From positions 255,006,001 to 255,070,000 of the forward strand of contig JBNRSN020000007.1 of assembly GCA_051313645.2 (NCBI GenBank): a stretch of 64,000 bases of DNA. The letters run 5' to 3'. How positions within the stretch are numbered: the stretch's first letter is position 1; each line of letters begins with the position of its first letter. Origin of the DNA: Centroscyllium fabricii (lineage: Eukaryota). Position numbers and translations under genes: made by a program. A model generated the notes under the pieces. That model was not told the origin of the DNA, ran no database searches, and worked only from the letters and a program-made list of their open reading frames with translations. Positions 10,232 to 22,973 of this stretch are shown piece after piece.

Positions 10232-13200
10232 TTAGAAGGTAGACAACAGATACAGATATATTGGGGTGGGAGAATGACCGAGAAGGAGACGGATTAGGGG
10301 AGGAAGCGTAATAGGAGCCAGACAGATTGAGTTGCAAAAGGGAAGAGAAACTGGATAAGGGGAGTCATGAAAAAAGGAATCAGATTGACATGGATAAGGG
10401 AAAGTGCAGCCAAACTGAAGGACAAAGGGAATAGAGAAGAAATGGAAAGGGAACCAAGAAAGGGCCAGATTGGGAGGGGTAGTGTTGAGGATAGTCAAAA
10501 TTAGAATGGAGAGTGAGTGGGGAGCAGTGTTTGAAATAGGAGGGGGCAATGGGAAGATGGAGACAGAAGCCGCAATAGTAACTCGGGGCAGAAATCGAGC
10601 AGGAAGAGGCCGAGGCAGGTGAGGCCTGGGAGATTTTAACTCCCGGGTCCCATCTGCATAGCTTCAATCACCTGCCTACAACTGGCAGGAGGCGGTAGCA
10701 CAATGCTGGGTGGCAGGAAGCTGCCGCTAGAGACCAAAGAACAGTCCCCGGCATGCGGGTAAGTCACAGGGAGGCTGTTTGGGAGGGCCTCGCATTCAGG
10801 GTGGGGAAAAGGGGAGAAGCTTGGGGCAGGGGAGGCTTAAACTTTCCATGTTGGGCCTGAAGAAGCAATCCTGCTCCTCTGGCCCCCACGAAGAAAGTCT
10901 TAACAAGCAAAACGACTTACTTTTTTGGGCCTCTCTGGTCCTCCCGCTAGGTTATCCTGGTAGGAAAGCCATAATGACTTCCTCCCACAGGCGTCCGGTT
11001 AAAATAGCAGTCGGCCTCAATGATGTCATTAGAGCCCGAGCGGCATATTTAAAGAAGGACCCTCCGCCTGCTCAGAAGAGTGGGTTAAAAATCAAAAGCT
11101 GCGGGATCAGTGTGGGATGTCAGTGGGCGAGTCCCATGGGCAATTTTAACTGCATGCTCGGTTTCATCTAAGTGAGTAAGGTTAAAATCGCCCCTAGATT
11201 GGGAGAGGTAAGCAATCCAAGGAAGCCAGATTGGGAATGTTAAAGGGAAGGGGAGAAGACAAACTGGGAGAAGAAAGGAGAAAAGGAGCCACAGGGAAAG
11301 AGGCAATGAGTCAGACTGGGAGATGCAACAGGAAGGGGTTTCGGGCAACAAATTGGCAGGGATAAAAACTTGTATTTATACCGTGCCTTTCATGACCCCA
11401 GGAATTCCCAAAGTGCTCCACAGCCAATGAAGTGATTTTGAAGTGTAGTCATTCTTGCAATGTATGGAAATATGGCAGCCAATTTACACACAGCAAGATC
11501 CCACAAACAGCAATGAGATAAATGATTATTGTTGGTGGTTTTGGTTGAGGGACAGAGGTTGGCAAGAACAGCGAGAGAACTCCCTTGCTCTGCTTCAAAA
11601 ATGTGCTGCGAGATCTTTTACATCCACCCAAGAGGGAAGTTGGAGCCTCAGTTTATCTGAAAGATGGCACATCACATAGTGCAGTTCTCCTTTGATACTG
11701 TACTGAACGGTCAGCCAAGCTCATGTGTGGAAGTCTCTGGAATGGAGCTTGAACACATGGCCTTCTGACTCAGGTGAGAGTGCTACTACTGTGCCAGGTC
11801 TGAAGAAAATTGATTGGAAAGGATAATGGGAAATAAAGCAGAGCAAGACAGACTGGTAGAAGCAAGCATCATGGAAAGCTTGGAGTGTGTCAGATTGGGA
11901 AGGAAACCCATTGAGGAGGTGTAATGGCAAGGGAAGCCAAAAATCGGAATGGGAACCTGGAAAAACAGCCAGATTGAGAGGGATGAGCATAATGGAAAAC
12001 CCGATAATGGCGAGGTAGAGTGGGAGGGGTGACAGCAAGGGAAGACAGGTTTAGCGAGGTAATGCAAGGGGGAGCCAGAGGAAGGTGGTTTGTTGGGAAT
12101 AAGCATCATGGAAAGTCAAGGGAAATAGACTGGGAGGGATGAACATCATGGAAAGCCAGAAAAGGTCACACCGAAAGGGCTAAAAGGAGTCAGATTTATA
12201 AGCGAAGGATCATGAGAAGCCAGATTGAGCGGAGTAAGCATCATGGAAAGGCAGAGGGAGAGAGGCAATGACAAGGAGTGCCAGAGGGAGTTAGAATGGG
12301 AGGGATACCAGATTGGGTGGGGCAACAGGAAGGACAGCCAGTACAAAACAGATTGGGAAGGGGAACGGCAAAGGAAACCAGCAGAAATCAGATAGGGAGG
12401 CGAAATAGTCAGGAAAGCCGGATTTGATGGGTTAATAGGAAGGAAGCCAGTGGAAGTAGTAATGGGAAGGGAACAAGAAAAAGACAAATGGTCATCATCA
12501 GAATCAGAGAGTCAGACTGGACGGGGCAACGACAAGGGGAGCGGTAATAGGGATGGGAACGGGGCTGATTGGTCGGGATAAACATGATGGGGAGCCAGAA
12601 ACAATCAAATGGGCAGAGGTAATAGAAAGGGGAGCCAGACTGGTAAAGCATCATGGGAAGCCAGAGGGAGTCAGATTACAATGGGGACTAGTCAGGGAAG
12701 TCAGAAGTAAATGGAGTGGAAGGGCAAGTAACAATGGGAGCCAGGGCAAAAGAGATTGGCAGGGTAGGTACTCATTATGGGAAGCCACACAGAGGGGAAA
12801 TAACGAGGGAAGCTAGAAACAGTCTGAGGGAGAATGGGAAGGAGGCCAGACTACAAGGGGTAATGGCAATGGCCACCAGAGGAAGACAGACTGTTCTGTT
12901 AAGTATCAAAGGACCACTGGGTGGAGTAATGATGAGGAAAGTCATATTGGGATGGGCAAAGGGAGGGGAGCCAAATTGAAGTGGCCAAGGGATGGAGAAA
13001 CAGAGTGAATAGAGGCAACAGACTAGGAACCAGAGCTACATTGCGGGTGCTAGGTTGAAAAGGGACATGGGAAAGATAGCTAGACTGGGAGGGTGATAAC
13101 AAGGAGAAACATATTGGAGGGATGCAAGAGCATAAAACTCCCGCTGTTAGGAACTCTAGTTGGGGGGCGGGGTTGCAATTTGGTTCCATCCGGTTTCCAC

Positions 13201-15310
13201 CACTCTTAAAGTTTCCTCCTGATGTCGAAAGGGTGGGTTTTTCTGCCTGCCCCAGTCACATCACCCCAGCAGTTTAGGAATGTTTCTGGAGGTGTTCCAG
13301 GGCTACCCCAGGAATTCTGCCTCAAGTGCCTCCAGTAGGCCCAGCAGAACCTATGTCTGCTGACAGCAGGTGTAGGTCCCATTCTGGGCCTGCAGTGGAG
13401 AAGGTAAATGGCAATCAATCCCAGCAGGAAGCCACTCCTAGTTTCTTGTGGCAAAGTGGAGCAGACACCTCTGCCAGTGCAGAGTAAACATCCCAAATAC
13501 TTAAATGATCCAATTCCTGGTATTTGGGATGGGATCGTGAGGAAGCCTAAGTGGTGGGTAGAAGTGCTGCTCTGCTGCACTGCCGCCAGGGTCCATGGAA
13601 GTTTTAGGCGGAGATGTGGTGCCAGATTGGGATGAACAAGAGGAATGAAGCCAATGGGAAGAGTATGTAATGAGCAGTGTGGAAGGAGAGACAAATTATA
13701 GGAGAAATGGGCAGCCAGATTGGGATGGACAATGGAAAAGATGCCAGATTGGGAGTAGTGAGAAGGGAGGCCAAATAGGGCAAGGATAACAGAAGTGGGA
13801 AAGGGAGCCAACTCAGTACATGAACCACATTGGGAGAAGTAAGCAAAGAAAGGTGAGTGAGACACAGATTGAGAAGGACCATGATAGGGGAAGCAAACAG
13901 AAGGGCAATGTTGTGGAGCCAGAAGAGGACAGTGTGGGTGGGAATGGGGCAGACAATTTGGTAAGGGCAATAACAAAGGGAGTAAGAGGGATAGGGGGAC
14001 GAAACATACACATTCAAACACGGGCCAAGGGGGGACCCAGACGGGGAGGGTTAATGAGAATGGAAGTAAGGGGAAAACATACTGGGAGAGGCAGCAGGAC
14101 GCAGGATAGACTGAAAATGGGAAATAGCCTGGGAAGAGAACGACAACAAAGCAGAGCTAGACTGGGAGAAATTTAAAGGAAAGCCAAAAGCGCTATATTG
14201 AAAGGGACAATGGATATGCAAACCAGTCTGGGAAAGGTAATGGGGGGGGGGCAAGATTGAAAGGGGTGAGGAGAAAGAAAGCCAGGAAAAGACAGTGGTA
14301 GAGGGAATCAAAGGGGAAGACAGACAGGAAATGGGAGCCAGATCAAAAGGGGCAATGGAAAAGGGAACCAGGGAGAAACAGACTGGCAAGGAAAGTAGGT
14401 AGAAAGATTGATCCAGATAATGGGAAAGGGAGGTTGGAAGGCAAAATGGAAACTGGAAATAGGAAGGAAAGCCAGTTTGGCAAGGAAGCCAGACAGAAAA
14501 GGAAGAGCAATTGAAAAGTGAACTAGAATGGGAGAGGTGGTAATGACAAGACGAGCCAGATTAGGAGGGCCAATGCCAAAGTCAGACATGGGTAGCTAGA
14601 TATGGAGGGGGCTAGACTGGGAAGGGTAGTGGGAATGGGAGCTAGATTAGGAGGCATTATGGAAAGGAAGGGCAAATCAGGAAAGGTGTTGAAAAGGGGA
14701 AACAAACTGGGAAAGATGAGAAGAAAACTTAACTGCGCCAATCAGAAGGGGAAGCAGCTGGGAGGGGTAATAGGAAAGGGAGTCAGATTGGGGCAGGTAA
14801 TGTGAAGGGGAGCCAAAGGGTGCAGATGAGGAGGAGTAATAAGCAAGGCTGGCAGGCTGGAAGGGTGAATGAGAAGGAACACAGATTGGGAGGGTGAATG
14901 GAAAAGGAATACCAGAGGGACACAGATTGGGAAGTAAAGAAGCAAGAGGCACACAAAGTGGGATGAGGAATGAAAGGAAAATAGATTGGGAGAGAATGGA
15001 AAGGGCAGCCTGAGGAAGCTCGAGTGGATGGGATTACAAAAGGCAGACAGGTTCAGATGAGCAACAGGAACAGGGAATATAGAAGCCAGAAAGGAATGGG
15101 GTCAGAAGGGAGACCAAGAGGCCGACACATAGCGATGTGACAGGAAAGGTAAGGCAAACTGGGGGAAATGAAGGACAGAGCAGACTATGAGAGGGAAGAG
15201 GAGAAGAAATAGAGGGGAAGACAGGCAGATAAATTAGGAAAGGAAATTGGAAGCAGAGATGTTGGGAAAGGGAATGAGAGGCTGTTAGAATGAGAAACAG
15301 ATACACACGT
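10232..15310 (+). repeat. Purine-rich degenerate tandem repeat with a recurring GCCAGATTGGGA-like core
   Basis: Plus strand strongly A/G-skewed, with dozens of (G/T)C/TAGA(T/C)TGGG variants at irregular spacing. Interrupted by inserts at ~10575-11195, 11365-11790 and ~13130-13610. Confidence 0.75.
11365..11790 (-). mobile_element. SacSINE1-like Deu-SINE (degraded)
   Basis: Reverse complement of the 30378-30830 element, from the ACTTGTATTTATA tail to the tRNA-like head. Confidence 0.75.
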
Positions 15311-16487
15311 GGAAGGGGCTCGGCCTCATTCTCAGTTGGTGATACTGTGAATCAAGTAGATACCAAGCAGGGGAGGAGCAAGCAGAAATATAAATTAACA
15401 AAATAGAATGGGGGTAACTTTCAACTTCGTTGTTTGGGCAGTAATCTGGTGGAGCAGATCTGCAACCGATCGTAGAACTTGAACAAATTTCATTCCATTG
15501 AAATCAAAAGGGACAAAAAATTGTGCGGGTTCTATGACAGGTGTGCGATTCACTCCCCCAGGCTACTGTTCAAAATGACGCCCAATATAGTAATTTTATA
15601 AAGATAGAGAGTAGGATTGGGCCTCTTCTAACAGTTGGTGCAAAACCAGTGGTCGGGGGTATTGGGGGGGGGGGGGGGGCGGGGACCAGAGTGCATCTGC
15701 TGGCAGCCCGTTGTTGCTGCTGTGAGGCTGGAGCCATTTTGAGTCCAGGGGCTCATGTGCTGCGTGCACCAAATCGGGGGTCCAATGGAGCTCGCTGGTT
15801 GTGGAGTTAGCCAGCAGTTCAATCTGGGGGGAGTGGAGGGGGCAGGCTGGAGTATTTTTTAATGAGGACAAGAGCAGCATTCCTGCTTCTCCTGACCCCA
15901 CAAAAAGAAGCAGGGCTTTGGGCTGTTTTATGAATGAACGCCAGTGGCCCCTATAGAGCCCACTGGTTAGGCCGCTCACAGCATCAGGTGAGTGCTGGAC
16001 ATCTAACAGGAGGTAGAGATGCCACCCCCACCCAGATATTCAAAATGCCGACAGTTGGTTTTTCAGGTGAGAAACTAGCTGGCAACAGTTGGAAAATCGC
16101 CTGCCTGGTTTCTCTGGGCATCCCGGTGCTGTGGCATCCAACGGTTGGACAATCAGGAAAATGAAGCCCCCTCCTGCCTCACTCGGATGGTTATGCTGGG
16201 CCGAGGCCTACTTCAGGCACAGGCCCATCTGGGATGCTGAGGGAATCCTGGTGTTGCCTAGTGTGGGAGGTCATCATCTGACGTAACAGGTCTCTACTCC
16301 TTATCTTTCTTTGAGCATTCCTCAGGTACAGGGAAAAGTAACATTTCCCTCCTAATTTAACAGTGCTGAAATGCAGCATTCTGTACAATCTATTATAAGC
16401 ATTGTGCAATAATCTCCCTTAGAATTGTTTTTTTTAAGACTACATCCAGGGTAAAACAAAACTAGAGGGGAAAAGAACAGCAACAAT

Positions 16488-16905
16488 GGCCTAGAAATTC
16501 TAGCGTGCCCATAAACGGGGCGGGGACAATGCCTGCTCCTCAACAGAGCAGCCTGAGGCGCAGGTGATAGTGGGCCGCAGACCTCAAGATCATTGAGCTG
16601 TGGACAGCTATTGAGGGTTCTCGGGCCGCTCAGCAGCGGAGAGGACGCCGAGCGGTGGCCAACAGTGGCCTGTGTGGTTTTAATGTGGGATATGGGGGAG
16701 CACGCCTGCTTATCCAAGTATGTAGAGTCCAACATCCGTTTCCGGCGTGGGCCCTTGATGTCAATTTCTTTTGTCTGCACCAATAATGATGGGTGGCACG
16801 GTTCCGACTGATAATGGGCGTTCGCTTCCTGCCCGCTGTATTGTAGGCTTAGGAGGTGGTTTAGCGTCTGAAAAGCGGACGCTGTGCGGTCGAATTTCTC
16901 GGCCA
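16488..16905. mobile_element. Harbinger-type MITE
   Basis: Terminal inverted repeats GGCCTAGAAATTC / GAATTTCTCGGCC with a GC-rich interior. Confidence 0.6.
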
Positions 16906-18341
16906 TAGTCTTCACTGGTCATTTTTCCTCCCCAAGTACCTTTATGCCAATAATCTCGGGTTATTGCACAGCCTACAATGCAATTCATTTGGAACATATG
17001 CAGAATACACAGCATGCAGTGTGTCACAAAGCAGTAACATGTGAAATAGCTCGGACGTTGTAAATTATGAAAGTGAAGCGCAAGTGGTTTCTTTACACTA
17101 TTTCAACTACAAGAGGCGTTCCTGCTTTGTAACACACAGCTGACTGTTTCATTCTTTATAATATAGAAAATATTGATTTATTCTTTTCCAGTTTAGTCAG
17201 TTCCATTAAAAAAAAAAATGTTTTACTGTTGGAGTGCATCATCAGGGACAGCAATGAACGACTGGTCCTACATGTGTACCGAGCTCTTAGGCCAGAAGTA
17301 ATGTGGGGATTTATTTCAGTACTGCAATCAATTTATCACCCACCAGACAAAATACTTTTGTTACAGATGCAAAATAATTCTGAAAATGAGAGAGAAAGCT
17401 AATCAATGGCCTGGAGCCTGCAAGTACTTACCCATCTGCCAAGCTCCCGATTGAACTAAGATTGCACCCATGTTTAGTTAACACTTACAAGTCTGTTTCC
17501 TTAAAGGAAAACACCTTTAGCTTATAAAACAGAATGGGGTAGAAATTTGCCTTGAGCAATAGTGCAAAACAGGAGATATCGACTTGGCCGCCTGTTATAC
17601 TGACTTCACTAGAACTGACCATCAAGCGGGGCATATAACCCTCTATCGCTCTCTCCTAACCTACTCAGAGGACATATATTCCCTGCCCAAGTCGAATTTC
17701 TTCCTCCATATTCTCTGACTCACTGACAGCAATGCCATAGGAGATCTGCTAGTTTATAATAATCTTTATACATATTAACATGTTGCACCTAAATCAAAGA
17801 TGATCAGTGAATGGAATCTCTCCAGGTTTCCAAATGTGCAATTTGAAACGTGTGTTGTCAGTATTTATTCCTTCTTAGTTAAATATATTTGTAGAGCGGG
17901 GCAATATAGCGATTGAAGTCCTAACCGGCTCCCTTGCCCCAGACACATCTATAGATCACAAGTGAGAGTTGGAAGAAAGCAGCACAGAGATGGGAGGATA
18001 TGTTTGCCAAAAGAAGTAGAAACTGTCATTTGTCATAATCTAGCTAAACAGTCTTGCTGTTGTATGAATATTTATGCACTGCCATTACAGAAATGGCTCA
18101 ACCGCCTGAGCATTGTAACCTAGATCTCAGATTTTCTTGATAAAAATCAATCAATAGGTTGCTTTCCCTCTACAGTTCGTATTTTTGCAATCTACAGTGA
18201 CCACGACAATAAAACCCGAATACCTTTTCTAAACATCTCCTAGAATTTCACTTATGTTGTCAGATAAAGCGAACGTTGCAGAGATTATTTTAGCACACAT
18301 AGAGCTGTCTCCTTGTCCCGGAACGTGGTACAGTTCACTAC

Positions 18342-18479
18342 TCAGCCTGATTTTTCATCCGACATGTTGGGATCTGAAGGCAAAGAGCGTGATTTACACT
18401 GCGATAATGAATGGCGAGCGGACGATCTGGACGGAAAGCAGGAGGTGAGTGACTGAGATGTACAATCACATGATGCTTC
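18342..18479 (-). CDS. MTCL2: MTCL2/SOGA1 terminal coding exon
   Basis: TTCTTGTGCAG acceptor, phase 0, EASCDCTSQSLTSCFPSRSSARHSLSQCK…EKSG*. Matches the recalled SOGA1 C-terminus (DAVCDCSTQSLTSCF…RHSPSKC). Confidence 0.9.
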   Translation of the reverse strand, partial: EASCDCTSQSLTSCFPSRSSARHSLSQCKSRSLPSDPNMSDEKSG

Positions 18480-19135
18480 CTGCACAAGAACATGAATGAA
18501 ATTCAATGTCAGTATTTACATGCTGAGCAAAGGTAAATAAATCTTGCCTAATAAACATTTTTGGAATCTGGGTAGAAATTTCTTAAATGTTAATTTAAAA
18601 TCTTTATCTAGAAACGATCGTTAGTGATAGCAGGCTAAGTGCTTTAACAAGCTGACATGATGCTTCTACAGCTGCTATTTTAGCAGAGGTATTAACCCAT
18701 TTAAAATAGATGTGCTGATGCTTGTATTAAACTAGCAGACAGAGAAACACCGTACAAGTGATGCTAATATCACCAACAGCAATTTCATTAGCAGACAAAA
18801 ATGTAGAGCTCATTAAGATGAAGGATGTTTGCGCTGGGGAAAGGAATGCCCCCCATTTCAGGCACTCATTGGCAGCATTATAGATCCCCAGGTGAGAAAC
18901 AGTACGGCCAGGGGCAGAATAAAGGTTCCTCCACTCTACTCCACAACATGCCTCAACCTCGCAAGAATACACCCCCAAAAGTGAAACACTTTCTTCACTT
19001 CCCACACCAGCCATCCCAGGTCCTCTCAGTGATATTGCCAATTAGTGCTGAAATAGGGACAGTTTCTGTGTTACTGGCTCATATCCATTTGGAATGGGAT
19101 TGAGACTGCCTAAACTCATTGCCATAGGACTCTTA

Positions 19136-20028
19136 GGGCAGGATTTTCCTGAAGGTGTGGGAAATGGGTGGGATTCCCCACTGATCACTCTATCTTCCCA
19201 CTTTCTGAGGGGTGTGGAATCCCCACGCAATTTTGGCTTAATTGGCCAATTAAGTCCCCCAGTGTGGGAAAATCCTGGCAATTGAGAGATTTTGCCGAGA
19301 AACTGGGCGGGCTTTGACCTGTGTCAGCAGCAGAGCCAATGATTGGCAGCTGTACTGATAGGCTTGATGTTTCTCTGTGGTTTCAGGGCATTATGATGTC
19401 ATAATGCTATGTCAACAGACAAAACTACAAATCTAAGAGTGACAGCTTTAACTAGGCTGGCTGTGTTTGTTTGTGGTTTCAGTGGAATGTAAACAGAAAC
19501 TGATCCACTGGTGATTGACAGCGGAGCTGCTTTGCTTCACAGACACAGCTCGCAGCACATTCTCTCAGAGTCACTGGGATGCAGCTGGCAGGTAAGTGAT
19601 TTAAATGTTTTTGGCCACTGAAGTTTGGCACTCTTGGGTGCCAGTTGCACCTCCAGCATGTTGGAGGCTAGCAAGCCGCTGTGTGGCTGCTGTTTTCCAT
19701 GCCTTGAAGGTGGCAGTCACTCAGCCGATTGGGTGCCCGCCAGCTTTCAACGGCGGCGTTCCCATCAGGCGGGTTCTGGGTGGGAAGAGGCTCAAAGTAG
19801 CAAAGGCCCCTTAAAATGGCATTACCGATGCCAATTAAGAGCCCCTAATGAGCCGAACAAGCATCCCCGCCGATGCCGGGTGGGACTGAGGCAGGCCGAT
19901 AGGACCCGCCAGGTGAAATTGACAAGCGGGCAGGAAGGCGGCGGGAGGGATCGCGGACCCCCATTTCTGCTATTTTCGTTGCAGTCCTGCCCAGAAATCC
20001 GCTTCACGGCCCGAGGAAAATCCTGCCC
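19136..20028. mobile_element. Harbinger-type non-autonomous element
   Basis: Perfect 15-bp terminal inverted repeats GGGCAGGATTTTCCT / AGGAAAATCCTGCCC. Confidence 0.65.
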
Positions 20029-20674
20029 CGACAGTCACCAGACAGAGGAGCCTTTCATCACATCAGTCTGGGCTTAATTTTCTACCCAAGTTCCAGAGAG
20101 GAAAGGCCACCAATCTACAGCCATTTAAAAGTAAATTCTGAGAGACGAAGCTCCCAGTGCAGAGCACCACGTGCTGGGAGCAGAGAGGTCAGCGTGTCCG
20201 AATCACAGAGCTCCTGATTTTCCCCACCAAATCCATGCTCACCAGCAAGGTTCCACATCGGCAACCTTGACTCACTCTTCAATATTTTTACAACCATTTT
20301 GATTTTCATCAATTCAATTTAATCTGAATAGTAACAAACAACATGCAGTTTGTTTACAACAAAGCATGTATGAAAAGGTATATTCTGCCAGCTTACTTTA
20401 TTTGTAGGCAATAGTACATTAATAGATGACTTTTAGAAATCTATAAAAAGTACTAATTGGAAAGTTCTTTCAAAGAGCCGGCACAGGCACAGTGGGCTGA
20501 ATGGTCTTCTTCTGTGCTGTAACATTCTAGGATTCTATACTAGTCCAGAAATCTCTCATTAATTTAGAAAATCAGGAAGACGCCAGTTTAATATTAATGT
20601 TTGTAGAGTAGAGAGTTTAAAAAATAATTTAATGACATATTTTAATGAGATGGAACTCCTACTGAAGCGGTTAC

Positions 20675-22139
20675 CTCAAACAGACCAGAAGCTCCACAAG
20701 CGTCCCGTGTGTCTGGATCTTTGGCTCCCTGGGCTGGAGAGGGCGTTGGTGGTTTTTGTTCCTCCTTGTTTGGCTGCTTGGGAAGCCTTTTGTTTACAAT
20801 TCGGGAAACACTGTCTACCTGTGCATGGCCCGGTGGAGCAGACAAATCCGTCTTTTTGACACTTTCTTCAGGGACTGGATCTTTTGATGGTTTGTCAGCT
20901 CCATTTGTTGGACTCTGGGACCTGCCACACACATTCCTGAAAAACTCCTGAACAATCCCATATCTTGATGTATTATCGCCTTTTGCTTTTGTTTCATGTT
21001 GGCTTGATTTCCAAACTGAGTCGACACTTCCAGATGTGTGCTCAACAACATTAAACAAACTGGACAGTCCATCATTGATTGAACTAAGCACTGGACTATC
21101 CCTCGTAGTAGTTGACCTAGCCCAAGCGGACTCATTCTGTCCTCTATGAGACATGGCCCATGGACTTCGCTCCCTTGTATGATCTATTTTTGATGAGTTT
21201 CTTCTCTGCAGCTTTGGCGAGCCATATTTGGGTGAACAGCAAGGACGCTCAAACTTAGTCGGCACCTTTTCCAAAGATGAAGAGAGTTGTTTGCTACGGG
21301 AGCTCTGGGTTGGCATCAGCAAGGAGCCTCTTGATGCCCACGACCGGTGCAGACTACTGGAGATCGATCTCGGACTGTCAGTCTGCAGCCCAACACTAAT
21401 ACTCCGGGTGGTCTGGGTACCCACGCTGATAACTCCAACAGTCTGGCTTGCGGTATCATTAACCTTCCTTTCCAATGAGCTTGTACAAATAACATTTCTG
21501 ACACAATTGGCTACCTCCTTCATGTCGTCGCTCATGTTACCTGATATTTGCAGATCATGCAGAGCAGACGGAAACCCAGTACCAGCAGCAGTCGCAGAAA
21601 TGGAAACAGGATGTTCTCCAGTGCCACTTTCCAGCAGATCCCGCTGCTTGGAAAAGTTATTAAACCACCTGTCGCACATGTTCTCTGAATGGAGCTCTGA
21701 ATCCCCAGTTGGTTTGGGTTTTGCCATGGTGAACAGGAAACCTGGTTCAATCATAATCTTTCCTTCATTGTTTTGAACCAAAGAACCATCCATCCTGCGC
21801 ACTACTGGTGGACTGTAGTAAATCCGAATGCCGGTCCTGTCTGGTGCTGTGTAACTCCTCTGTATTTGTTTTGTGTTGAGATGTGGGTTAACCAGATTTG
21901 CTGCCATGGTGAAATCCCAAGATGAAATTGCAGGCATTTCCACATTTGACTGCTCGATTAATGATCTTTCTGACTTCTCGTGTAAGAATTCACCATCGTT
22001 ATTCATGTGCTCCCAATTTTTGTTGTTCAGCTCCTCAAGATCCTGTAAACTTTTTGGCAAGGGTGCAGTGGTGGGAGGTAAATATGGAGATGCGTCCAAC
22101 AAGCTCTCAAACTCAGACATGGAAGAAACTGATTTGGCC
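20675..22139 (-). CDS. MTCL2: MTCL2/SOGA1 large penultimate exon (1465 nt)
   Basis: TTTTTAG acceptor (phase 2) and GAG|GTAACC donor. Contains KSVSSMSEFESLLD, RSYTAPDRTGIRIYYSPPV, CCSPKYGSPKLQRR, SAWARSTTTRDSP and YGIVQEFFRNVCGR, which point to SOGA1 rather than MTCL1. Confidence 0.95.
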
Positions 22140-22492
22140 CTAAAAATAATGCATTTGAAAATATGAGTGTTATTTTTCCCTTTGTGAAATAAAGAAAGGG
22201 ATAAGGCCACATCACTCACTGGAACAAGCCAGAGTGCCAACCCTACTTATTTTCTAGTTAGGGTGGTAAAGCTTTCGCTGTAATATTTTAATATACCACG
22301 AGAGTTCAGACATTTACAGCTTTAGAAAATGCAAATTCACTGGCTCAATCATGGAGGGGCTTCTCTTGGCCAATGATCAATAATGGATGACAAATTGTTC
22401 CGTTCTTATAAAAGGGAACGAGTCATAAATAATCCCATCAACTGCGAATCACAAACAAGGCTAAACTCCTGTGCCAGTGAAGACCAGGTGTC

Positions 22493-22795
22493 ATAGAATC
22501 ACTACAGTGCAGACAGAGGCCATTTCGGCCCATCGAGCCTGCACCGACACATATCCCACCCTATCCCCGTAACCCCCACATATTTAATCCCCCTAACACT
22601 AAGGGTCAATTTATCCTGGCCAATCAACCTAACCCGCACATCTTTGGACTGTGGGAGGAAACCGGAGCACCCGGAGGAAACCCACGCAGACATGGGGAGA
22701 ATGTGCAAACTCCACACAGATAGTCACCCGAGGCCGGATTTGAACCCGGGCCCCTAGCGCTGTAAGGCAACAGTGCTAACCACTATGCCACCGTG
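22493..22795 (-). mobile_element. HE1-like SINE
   Basis: Same head and V-domain as 7535-7924, with a shorter tail. Confidence 0.88.
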
Positions 22796-22973
22796 TAAAT
22801 TAACTGAGGTGGGTGCAGTACGTATGTGGGGAAGAGTGAACAAATTAATCTATATGTGTGTAGGGTTGGTGGGGATGGAGGGAACGAACTACAGGGAAAT
22901 GTAGTGTGTTTGGGTCAATGTTAGGGTTGCTTCAACCTCGTTAGCATCACTCCTCAATCCAGGGCAAGTAATA

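Noticed and set aside
10232-15306. Numerous Pro/Leu/Ser/Phe-rich minus-strand ORFs
   Set aside because: Artefacts of the pyrimidine-rich strand, which is poor in stop codons; no splice or homology support.
22140-22240. N-terminal part of the 532-aa ORF (MALWLVPV…)
   Set aside because: Intronic read-through upstream of the real acceptor at 22139.
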